Source of the DNA: an uncultured Candidatus Saccharibacteria bacterium
GTDB lineage: Bacteria > Patescibacteriota > Minisyncoccia > Phycocordibacterales > UBA6899
DNA: 33,493 bases
Reading direction: 5' to 3'
NCBI GenBank assembly: GCA_964409985.1
Contig: CAYPEZ010000004.1
Coordinates: forward strand, 1 to 33,493
The notes below the pieces were generated by a model that was given only the letters and a program-made list of their open reading frames with translations, did no database searches and was not told the DNA's origin. The position numbers and the translations under genes are program-made. How positions within the stretch are numbered: position 1 is the first letter of the stretch; every line of letters begins with the position of its first letter. Below, piece after piece: positions 8,021 to 15,296 of the stretch.

Positions 8021-9160
8021 TTACTGTATATAGACAGAAAAGTGGTTTCCTGTAATGTGGTTTTTGGTGTCTAAATAGAGGTTGTTTGACGAAACCCCAG
8101 CATCTAAAAGCGCATTGTAGAGGGCAGCATCCTTGGTTTCAAAGACCAACCGTAAACCAGCACTAGCAGCTGCTGCGATGGTTGCTTGGACTGTGGCAGT
8201 GGTATATCCCCCAGAGGCGAATGCTATGTCTGCTGACCTCCCGACCATTTGATCGTTTGAACAGTGGCCAATTCCGGCTGGGAATCCACCTGTAACCGTA
8301 AAAGGTGATACTCCTTGGGTACCATATACCCTCGCTAGGCGGCTTCCAAGGTCTGTGTTGAGTTGTCCGGATCCTCCTGGGGGTTGTGGAATTGCTGAGC
8401 ACTGATCGCACACAGCTGGGGCGTAGACACAACACACAGAACCGGTGGGTTTTCCTCCTGCGCATGAAGTGTCTGGTCCGGTATCTCTTGTAAATCCGCG
8501 TTGTGGTGCACACAAAGGATCTGTTGAACACCCTGCGCTGTTTGATGATCCCCAGCGACAGGTCGCTCCTTGGGGGCATGTCTCTCCATTCCCTTGTGCT
8601 AAAGGTTTGATTTCAAAGCATGGGCCATAGGTCCCTCCCTGCGGCAGAGGATTTTGGGTTTTAAACTGTTCACAAGCATCCTTTGTGGCGAAGCGAGCCG
8701 AGTAGCGCGTTGTTGTGTTGCGATTGTCTGTGGTTGCGATAAGTGTGTACCACCCAGGCTCTGCGGGTTGTGCGGGGAGCGAAGGAACGATTGGTGGATC
8801 AAATACTGGCTGTGTGAGTGTTGGGTTAATTCCCTCCAGAAGAACATACCCGGAGAGTGCAAGAAGAAGCCCCAACACAACCATCACAAGACAGTGTTTT
8901 GCGTGAGAACGGTTTTCTGAGCTTGGTGCTGTAACTAGTTCAAACCCACAGACGACTAATCGTATAACCCCAATAATTCCTGCAATACCAATCAAAAACG
9001 TTATCATGCTTTTGAGGTAAGGAACCAATCCTTGATCAGCAACAACCCCCTGAATTGGTGCTGAAACATTTACAGGGATCCCTTGAGCAGCTGTGATGAG
9101 TGGAAAAAGCACAAAGATCAGTACTGCCCCAATGGTGTGTGTATGAAAAAACGTTCTCAT
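8021..9160 (-). CDS. VirB2/TrbC-like pilin module fused to a Cys-rich extracellular region and a C-terminal globular domain
   Basis: The product has a signal-like N-terminus (MRTFFHTHTIGAVLIFVLFPLITAAQG). Two hydrophobic helices follow (LKSMITFLIGIAGIIGVIRLVVCGF and CLVMVVLGLLLALSGYVLL), which is the T4SS pilin topology. After a Pro-rich linker come 12 Cys in about 150 aa, then a Cys-poor C-terminal domain. The ATG at 9160 overlaps the upstream stop as ATGA; the track ORF extends to 9175. Confidence 0.55.
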   Translation of the reverse strand: MRTFFHTHTIGAVLIFVLFPLITAAQGIPVNVSAPIQGVVADQGLVPYLKSMITFLIGIAGIIGVIRLVVCGFELVTAPSSENRSHAKHCLVMVVLGLLLALSGYVLLEGINPTLTQPVFDPPIVPSLPAQPAEPGWYTLIATTDNRNTTTRYSARFATKDACEQFKTQNPLPQGGTYGPCFEIKPLAQGNGETCPQGATCRWGSSNSAGCSTDPLCAPQRGFTRDTGPDTSCAGGKPTGSVCCVYAPAVCDQCSAIPQPPGGSGQLNTDLGSRLARVYGTQGVSPFTVTGGFPAGIGHCSNDQMVGRSADIAFASGGYTTATVQATIAAAASAGLRLVFETKDAALYNALLDAGVSSNNLYLDTKNHITGNHFSVYIQ

Positions 9161-10428
9161 AGCTTCACTCCCCACAAAGATCCATCTTTTTTGTTGATAA
9201 ACACAAGGTACGCACCGTCAGCGCTCACCATTGGTTGAGTGATATCAACATCAACACCGACAACATCGTGTGGAATCAAAAAAAGTGAGAATTGCCCTGA
9301 CTCCAGTGAATATTGCCAGAGGGTGTCTGAAAAACGCACAAGGCCTTGATACCACTCATCAGGATATACTGCGCGCGGAGGGGATTCTGGGACTCCACAG
9401 AACACCAATGTGTTTGATGGGGCCCATGCACACTTCTCTGGTAATGTTGCTGGAACAATGGTGTTTGGAATACCACTCCCTTTGGTGAGTATCCCAAGCC
9501 CCATGGTTGATTTATTCGTTTGACCTACAAGGACCGCAGAGCCATCTGGAGCGCTTTTTGTGGTAAGACCAGGAAGATCACCTAGTACTGGTGTTGTGAG
9601 CCCGTTTTGAGGGTCTAGTGAGAAAAAATACCCCCCCACGAGACCAGATGGTCTTGTGGTGAGCCCAATGTGTTCAGGCCCAAACCATTCTGGAATCCAT
9701 TCCGAAAACGGAGAAGTGAAGACGGGTGATGACACCGCGTTTCCATCAAGACGCATAATAGACAACTCGTTCCCAACTCGAAGCGTGTGGACAAATCCTT
9801 CTGTGGGGTGCGCTGAAATGAACGCAATATTTTCTGGAAGAAATGATTGCTCAAGGATCGCTGGGGCTTCATCCCCTGCTCCAGTTGATGGGTTTGGGAG
9901 GAGTTTCCCTAATACACTAACAATCCCACCTTTGTCCGTTGCTGTGCGTAAGACCACTGATTGGCCGCGCATGTCCCAGACGGCCTCTTGAACACGCGGA
10001 ATGGTGTTGTTTGCGAGAATTCTACCCGCACGAGACTCCACAGTGTATTCATAGACATCTCCGTCTTCACGAAGGACATATCTCACCGCAAGAGATCCAT
10101 TTGGGAGAGTTTTAAAGACTGCTCCAGACACGGGTCCGTCAGCGATTTTCCACATTCTCGAGAGACCCGCCTCTCCTCCAGGGATACCCACATCTCCAAG
10201 TTTGTCGTTGTTGTTCGTGTTTTGGTCAACATTCACGTAATCAGCAATCCCAAAGGGAAGAATTGAACGTACTTTTTCTCCTACATTTCCGCCGCCCCCA
10301 AACACCACAACATAGAAAATAATTGCGGCAAAAATCAGAAACAAGACTCCGACCCCAACAAAAAGCACGACCTTATTTTTTGGGGTTTCTTCAGTGTTCT
10401 CGGGTGTGGGAATGGATGTGGGTTCCAT
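9157..10428 (-). CDS. N-terminally membrane-anchored extracellular protein, beta-rich (possibly TolB/PD40-like propeller)
   Basis: The 423-aa product has a single TM (VVLFVGVGVLFLIFAAIIFYVVVF) followed by a G/P/T/S-rich beta-type sequence that ends SADGAYLVFINKKDGSLWGVKL, which is PD40-repeat-like. Function is unknown. Confidence 0.6.
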   Translation of the reverse strand: MEPTSIPTPENTEETPKNKVVLFVGVGVLFLIFAAIIFYVVVFGGGGNVGEKVRSILPFGIADYVNVDQNTNNNDKLGDVGIPGGEAGLSRMWKIADGPVSGAVFKTLPNGSLAVRYVLREDGDVYEYTVESRAGRILANNTIPRVQEAVWDMRGQSVVLRTATDKGGIVSVLGKLLPNPSTGAGDEAPAILEQSFLPENIAFISAHPTEGFVHTLRVGNELSIMRLDGNAVSSPVFTSPFSEWIPEWFGPEHIGLTTRPSGLVGGYFFSLDPQNGLTTPVLGDLPGLTTKSAPDGSAVLVGQTNKSTMGLGILTKGSGIPNTIVPATLPEKCAWAPSNTLVFCGVPESPPRAVYPDEWYQGLVRFSDTLWQYSLESGQFSLFLIPHDVVGVDVDITQPMVSADGAYLVFINKKDGSLWGVKL

Positions 10429-10448
10429 GGTTGTGCGCGTCTCGTTTG

Positions 10449-11687
10449 TTATTGGTATGTAATGGTAATGCTCGACTTTGCGCTTTGAAGGACACGTTTC
10501 GGGTTATCTAGCGAGGCGTCAATTCTCGATGACCCACCTGTTGTGGGTTTGTGGAGTGTGACTGATTGATTAAGGCTCGGGATACTCTTTCCATTTTGAG
10601 ACCACCTCAAAGGAGCTGAACCGTCCTCAAGCTCCTCTTTTGAAGCAAAATATGGCTCCCCTTTAATCGTGGTTTCTTCGTTTGAGAGCATAAATGATTT
10701 TCCTAATGCTTCTTCGTATCGAAAACCAAAAAGTGGAGATCCTGCATACAGAAGAAGCTTTGGTTCAGTGATGGCAATGGTGACTTCGCGTTCGGTCTGT
10801 GCTCCTGAGTTCGGGTCACGAACAAGAAGCTTTAGTCGCTCCTCTTGCAACCCTCCCCCTGTTTCAAATGTAGCAGAGCGCTTCCCAAACCCTGATAACG
10901 ACTCTATGCTTCGATAATTCCGCTTCCACTCGTACAGAAGTTGATCAGGGGAGATGTTTTTTCCCTTCGATACAAGAGTTGGAAATGGAATCAGTTTCAC
11001 AGTGCTTTTATAGCTTGGAAGTGGCTTCCCTTTATAAAAAGGAGGAATGTATGTGTTTGCTTCCCATAAAATCGCAACATCACCAGGATTGACCACAAGT
11101 TCTTTTGAAAAAAATTCTCCAAGCTTTCGTGACATGACCGAAACAACGATTCTCGTTTCTTCCCCTATTCCTCGCATGGGTATGGTGATTGATGTCCCCC
11201 CAATTTGATCTTGGACAACAGCCCCGTTTACTGTCCATGTGATGCGGTCCTCAGCGAGATTTGTTGAGTAATTCGTGACACGAATTGTTGCTTCCTCGTA
11301 TGCTCGGGGAATTTCTGGAGTGACAGTGAGTGTGGTGAGGTTTTCTGTGACCTTATGAGCCTCCTGGGAAACATCAAATGTATATACTTGTCCATTAATA
11401 CGAAAGATAAGATTTTTTCCATCAAATGTTGGTTGAATACGAGAGGCATCTCCTATCCCAGCACGAATCAACTGATCCATTTGTTGGATAGAAGACTGAA
11501 CTACTTGCGGAGTATACTGTTGGCTAGTCACCGCTTGTTGCATTTGTTGGGATGTGACCGGAGGGAGAGATAGTGGTTGCCCAGGCAAACGGGTTTGTGC
11601 CCCTCCGCACAATGGAATAAGCAGAAAAGAAAGCAATAGTATCCAGGTATACAAACGACCTTTCTCTTGACGAGGCATATACTTCAT
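10449..11687 (-). CDS. secreted protein of unknown function with internal beta-sandwich-like repeats
   Basis: The 412-aa product has a signal peptide (LYTWILLLSFLLIPLCGGAQT) and a Q-rich linker. About three modules of roughly 100 aa follow, each ending in an alternating beta pattern (IVVSVMS, VTIAITEP, SSITITYQ). Confidence 0.6.
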   Translation of the reverse strand: MKYMPRQEKGRLYTWILLLSFLLIPLCGGAQTRLPGQPLSLPPVTSQQMQQAVTSQQYTPQVVQSSIQQMDQLIRAGIGDASRIQPTFDGKNLIFRINGQVYTFDVSQEAHKVTENLTTLTVTPEIPRAYEEATIRVTNYSTNLAEDRITWTVNGAVVQDQIGGTSITIPMRGIGEETRIVVSVMSRKLGEFFSKELVVNPGDVAILWEANTYIPPFYKGKPLPSYKSTVKLIPFPTLVSKGKNISPDQLLYEWKRNYRSIESLSGFGKRSATFETGGGLQEERLKLLVRDPNSGAQTEREVTIAITEPKLLLYAGSPLFGFRYEEALGKSFMLSNEETTIKGEPYFASKEELEDGSAPLRWSQNGKSIPSLNQSVTLHKPTTGGSSRIDASLDNPKRVLQSAKSSITITYQ

Positions 11688-11715
11688 AAGTATAACACCT
11701 ACCTTAGGTCATTTT

Positions 11716-13518
11716 TTAGTTTTTTCCCCCGTCAGCAAGGTCCATTTTTCCTTCTTTGATTGCCAGGAGTTGTGATGGGTCTGAGGTAATGATTTGCTCT
11801 TCTGTGTAAGAGGCGATGACTTTGATGGCGACATGCTTTAATCCCGCAAAAAAGAGTCCTTCTCCTACCCCAGACTCAAGCAAAAGATACTTTTCTTCAT
11901 CTGTGAGGTGAAAGGCGTTTTGGACCACATCGATTGTTGTCGGTGATTGTTTGAGGAGTATCTGAATTGAGGAGTTCGTTAAGATTGGAAGTCCGTACGG
12001 AGATTTCAAGAAATCGTTCACATCCTGGGTAATTGTCGCAACACCCAAGTAATACTTGCGGCCACGTTTTGCGAGACCGAAGAGGAAAGATGCTGTATCT
12101 TCTGATTTCATCATCCACCACGCCTCATCTACAACAAGAAGACGCTTTCGCAACTCTTTGCGAATTGCGGTCCAAATGTAGTGGGTAATGATGTACACTG
12201 CGACGGGCTTTAGCTCGTCTTCCATGTCACGGACAGAAAATACCGTAAATCGTTTTGTGATATCAACATTTGTTGGTTTGTTGAGAAAACCAGACCACGT
12301 CCCCTGGGTATATTTTTCTAGTCGTTGTAGGAGCGATGCTGTGCCATCCATACCACGAAGCACGAGTTCAAAGTCAGAAAGAAGCGGAGGTTCAATGTTG
12401 GTAAAATCTGATTCTCCAGTGATATCTTTGAGAGCATATGTTTCCGCAATAGCACGATCGACAATACCATCTTCTTCTGGAGAAAGTCCTCCAAGCATGA
12501 TGCGAAAGAGTCCTACAAGATAAATGATATTCGAACGAAGCACGTCTCCAGGAGACTCTTCTTCTCGGGGAAGAGGAAGATCAAAAGGGTTGATGTGGTG
12601 GTCGCTGGTGAGAGAAATATTGAAATACCGTCCACCAGTCGCGTCACAAAGGTATTCATATTCCCTTTCTGGGTCAATCACAATGACATCTGCATCAAAC
12701 ATGAGTGTTCGTAGAATCTCGAGCTTGGTCAGAAATGATTTTCCAGACCCCGACACAGCAAAAGTGACTGAGTTGTAGTTTGGCATCGAAAAACGATCAA
12801 AGAGTACAAGCGAAGAATTGTGACGATTGACACCCCAGAGAATTCCACGATCACTTGTAAGATCAAATGAGACAAAGGGGAAAATAGATGATAACGGCTC
12901 AGAATTGAGTTTGTAATGCACTTCAATTTCGTCAGTCCCCAGTGGGAGCACGCTCCGATATCCTTGTTCTTGCTGGAATATTGCGGGTTTGAGATAAACG
13001 AGCTTAGCGTCGAGTATGGACTTCAGTTCTGTCTCGACACGATCAAGTTCTGCCTTATCTCTGCCATAAATAGTGATGTAAATGCCGACATCAAAGAGCT
13101 TCTCTGTCGCTTGTTGAAGTTTATCGCGGAGATCTTCAAGGTCTTGATATGCGACATCAAGAACAGGATCTCGTACGAATCCTTTCTTTTCCCTGTCGTT
13201 AATCTGGCTTTGAACCTCCGCTACTTTTTTTTGGAATCCTCGAAGTGCTTGCTCGGTGTTCACCGGATGGATGATGATTGATACATCGTATACCTTGTCG
13301 AGATTAATCACAGGAGTGAACCAATCCTCTGAGAGGAACCGTGGGAAGGAAATCACAAAGAGTGTTCGAAGTACCTTGTCCCCAACATAGAGTTCTTTTG
13401 GTGTCACCTTTACTGCGGCAGGAGCTAGGACATCTTTGAGATTGAGATTTGTTGCCGAAAGAATATCGGGTGGAAGTAATACACTAGTATTAATAACATC
13501 GTATTGTTTATCCGCCAT
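11716..13518 (-). CDS. virB4: VirB4/TrbE-family type IV secretion ATPase (middle plus ATPase domains)
   Basis: The 600-aa product has Walker A AVSGSGKS (nt 12736-12759) and Walker B LLVVDEAWWMM with the VirB4-typical DEAW (nt about 12118-12129). Its N-terminal part (ELYVGDKVLRTLFVISFPRFLSEDWFTPV) matches the VirB4 middle-domain pattern. Confidence 0.88.
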   Translation of the reverse strand: MADKQYDVINTSVLLPPDILSATNLNLKDVLAPAAVKVTPKELYVGDKVLRTLFVISFPRFLSEDWFTPVINLDKVYDVSIIIHPVNTEQALRGFQKKVAEVQSQINDREKKGFVRDPVLDVAYQDLEDLRDKLQQATEKLFDVGIYITIYGRDKAELDRVETELKSILDAKLVYLKPAIFQQEQGYRSVLPLGTDEIEVHYKLNSEPLSSIFPFVSFDLTSDRGILWGVNRHNSSLVLFDRFSMPNYNSVTFAVSGSGKSFLTKLEILRTLMFDADVIVIDPEREYEYLCDATGGRYFNISLTSDHHINPFDLPLPREEESPGDVLRSNIIYLVGLFRIMLGGLSPEEDGIVDRAIAETYALKDITGESDFTNIEPPLLSDFELVLRGMDGTASLLQRLEKYTQGTWSGFLNKPTNVDITKRFTVFSVRDMEDELKPVAVYIITHYIWTAIRKELRKRLLVVDEAWWMMKSEDTASFLFGLAKRGRKYYLGVATITQDVNDFLKSPYGLPILTNSSIQILLKQSPTTIDVVQNAFHLTDEEKYLLLESGVGEGLFFAGLKHVAIKVIASYTEEQIITSDPSQLLAIKEGKMDLADGGKN

Positions 13519-13521
13519 ATA

Positions 13522-14157
13522 TTATTTTGCGATTGCAGCGTCCAGATCCCCTGGATTGAATTTGCGGTAAAACAGCTCAGTAATTTCCTCGGTAGCCAGA
13601 CGATGTGTACGGAGTCCGCATCGTGCGAGGCCTTGCTCAACTGCTGATACGCGTTGTTCGAGCTGAATACGATTTTCTTCAAAAGATTCGTCGCTGACTT
13701 TTTTTGAACTTTTTCCTGAACCAAAGAGGCCCGCAAGTGGTCCGACATTACTCTTGGCAACTGCTGCTCGTGGTGCATATGGGACCACAACAATAAAGGT
13801 TTTAGACATAATGTTTACCTGGTCTGTGAATCCCTTGATGAATTGAATGTATTCCATGACCTGAACCTTCATAATGTCGAGAAGCTGAGCCTTCTGGCGC
13901 TCTTCGAGGAGTAGGAGGTAAGGACGAATGTCAAAGCGTTTTGATTGAATAAAAATCTGTAGAGAATATTCAATTGAATTTAAAAAATCTTGGAATTGCG
14001 TAATAATCGCCGTTTGTTCCTCGCGACTCTTGAGTCCAAAATTAATCGATGAGGTCAGGAGAAGCATGCGATACGATCCATCCTTGAGAATAAGGACGCC
14101 ATTGCGAACATCATTAATAGGAACAAATTCCTGTGTGGGTTTTCCAGGAGCTGCCAT
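13522..14157 (-). CDS. stand-alone protein resembling the N-terminal domain of Gram-positive-type VirB4 ATPases
   Basis: The 211-aa product contains QEFVPINDVRNGVLILKDGSYRMLLLTSSINFGLKSREEQTAIITQFQDFLNSIEYSLQIFIQ. This follows the N-terminal pattern of long (about 800 aa) VirB4/TcpF/Orf16-type ATPases: ip..di.dGi....dg.y.k.l.v..iNf.l.s..eq..i...f..fln. It is in the same frame as the next ORF, separated only by TAA-TAT. Confidence 0.6.
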   Translation of the reverse strand: MAAPGKPTQEFVPINDVRNGVLILKDGSYRMLLLTSSINFGLKSREEQTAIITQFQDFLNSIEYSLQIFIQSKRFDIRPYLLLLEERQKAQLLDIMKVQVMEYIQFIKGFTDQVNIMSKTFIVVVPYAPRAAVAKSNVGPLAGLFGSGKSSKKVSDESFEENRIQLEQRVSAVEQGLARCGLRTHRLATEEITELFYRKFNPGDLDAAIAK

Positions 14158-14175
14158 AGCATCATTATAGGGGTT

Positions 14176-14646
14176 TTATCTTGATTCAGCCTGGGGATTA
14201 CGTTGTCCTCCCGGGTCAAGCTCGGTTTTGTCGTGAGTGTCGATTTGCCATTCAAGCACCGAAAGGCTATTTCCGGTTGCATGTGTTGTTTGTGCCGGTC
14301 CACCCACTTTTTTTGTCGGTTGTAATGCAGCAATTTCTATCTCAGGAGAAGTCTTTTTCTCAATACGCCGCCATACATACAGTCGTGGTGTGAGTGCATA
14401 TCTAAATCCTGCTTCGAGGAGATCAATAAAAGGGCGATTGTTGATTTTTACAAATGCAAGAGACACCCCGAGCCCCCCAAAGAGCGCCGCAGGAAAAATC
14501 GCAATAAATGTTGGAAGCCATGCAAAGGAAAGATAGACTGCGCCACCGCCTCCAGCAAGGTATAAGAACTGCTTTATTGAAAGCGGGCCTACAATTTTAT
14601 CTTCAACATCAATAAACTGAGGAACTTGATAGCGCATAGAAAGCAA
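14176..14646 (-). CDS. PrgI-family (VirB3-like) small membrane protein
   Basis: The N-terminus YQVPQFIDVEDKIVGPLSIKQFLYLAGGG, followed by two TM helices, is the PrgI/VirB3-like signature. The gene sits immediately upstream of the VirB4 ORFs. An alternative start is the ATG at 14637. Confidence 0.75.
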   Translation of the reverse strand: MLSMRYQVPQFIDVEDKIVGPLSIKQFLYLAGGGGAVYLSFAWLPTFIAIFPAALFGGLGVSLAFVKINNRPFIDLLEAGFRYALTPRLYVWRRIEKKTSPEIEIAALQPTKKVGGPAQTTHATGNSLSVLEWQIDTHDKTELDPGGQRNPQAESR

Positions 14647-14716
14647 AACGGATTACTCTGTATTTATACCACAAACCACACGCTCCATGTCGCCCACTCA
14701 ATGCGACACTGTGTGT

Positions 14717-15292
14717 TTATGCTGGTAATTCTCGGTAAGGATCGGTGGTTTGGGTCTGTGCCGATGGCGAGATTTGCGCCTCTGTGTGGTTGTAGGTTGG
14801 AACACCGACCTGAGGTGCCGCAGGGGCACGGAAGGCACTTCCAAGCTTTTGGTTAAGCATGGATGTCTCAGGTTGAACCTGGGGTTGTGGAGAGCTTTGC
14901 TCTCCGGGTGCTTTATACCCTACGGGGGCAGGTGTCTCTTGTTGTTGTTGCTGCTGCTGAGCAGCTTCTCCTAGTCCATGCACTTTCTTGAGGGACTCTC
15001 GTACGGTGTGAAGGATGTCTCGATTGACTTCTTGTGCGATAAAAGCAGCTTTGTCGCGAGGGATACCAAGCTTGTCCGCAAGCACTGGTACGTACTGCTT
15101 TGGTTCAACGAGTCCCATCATAAGGAACCCTGATTGGATTGAAAGTTCCTCACGTTGGTGGGCATCAAGTCCATATCGCGCTTGTATCTGGTTATACACA
15201 TCCATTGATGTGGGAGAAAAGATCGCATCCTGGAGATCCTCAGGGAGGGCGAGGTACATATCTTGGATATCTTGTGGGGAAAGTGTTGCCAT
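14717..15292 (-). CDS. hypothetical protein with a helical N-domain and a low-complexity Q/P-rich tail
   Basis: This 191-aa ORF has no TM segment. Residues 1-110 are helical-looking (LPEDLQDAIFSPTSMDVYNQIQARYGLD...), then comes a Q7 tract and a P/Q/A-rich tail. It starts 4 nt after the upstream gene. Confidence 0.6.
   Translation of the reverse strand: MATLSPQDIQDMYLALPEDLQDAIFSPTSMDVYNQIQARYGLDAHQREELSIQSGFLMMGLVEPKQYVPVLADKLGIPRDKAAFIAQEVNRDILHTVRESLKKVHGLGEAAQQQQQQQETPAPVGYKAPGEQSSPQPQVQPETSMLNQKLGSAFRAPAAPQVGVPTYNHTEAQISPSAQTQTTDPYRELPA
14939..14959 (-). repeat. CAA/CAG trinucleotide run encoding Q7
   Basis: On the plus strand, (TTG)4(CTG)3 at 14939-14959 encodes QQQQQQQ on the minus strand. 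Confidence 0.9.
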
Positions 15293-15296
15293 GAGT

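Noticed and set aside
8021-8400. Calling the C-terminal domain of the pilin-fusion protein a peptidase M15 / DD-peptidase.
   Set aside because: The GRSAD and late-His arrangement does not match the SxHxxGxAxD spacing. It is kept only as a hypothesis in the findings, not as an annotation.
8163-8920. Several 60-140 aa ORFs (8163..8579, 8335..8589, 8445..8630, 8599..8880, 8654..8920, 8715..8906) overlap the pilin-fusion gene.
   Set aside because: They are shadow ORFs in alternative frames or on the antisense strand of a longer, better-supported CDS. Their products are Arg/Cys/His-rich, as is typical of out-of-frame translation. The same reasoning applies to the many short overlapping ORFs inside dnaA, VirB4, the VirB6-like gene, pcrA, pnp and others.
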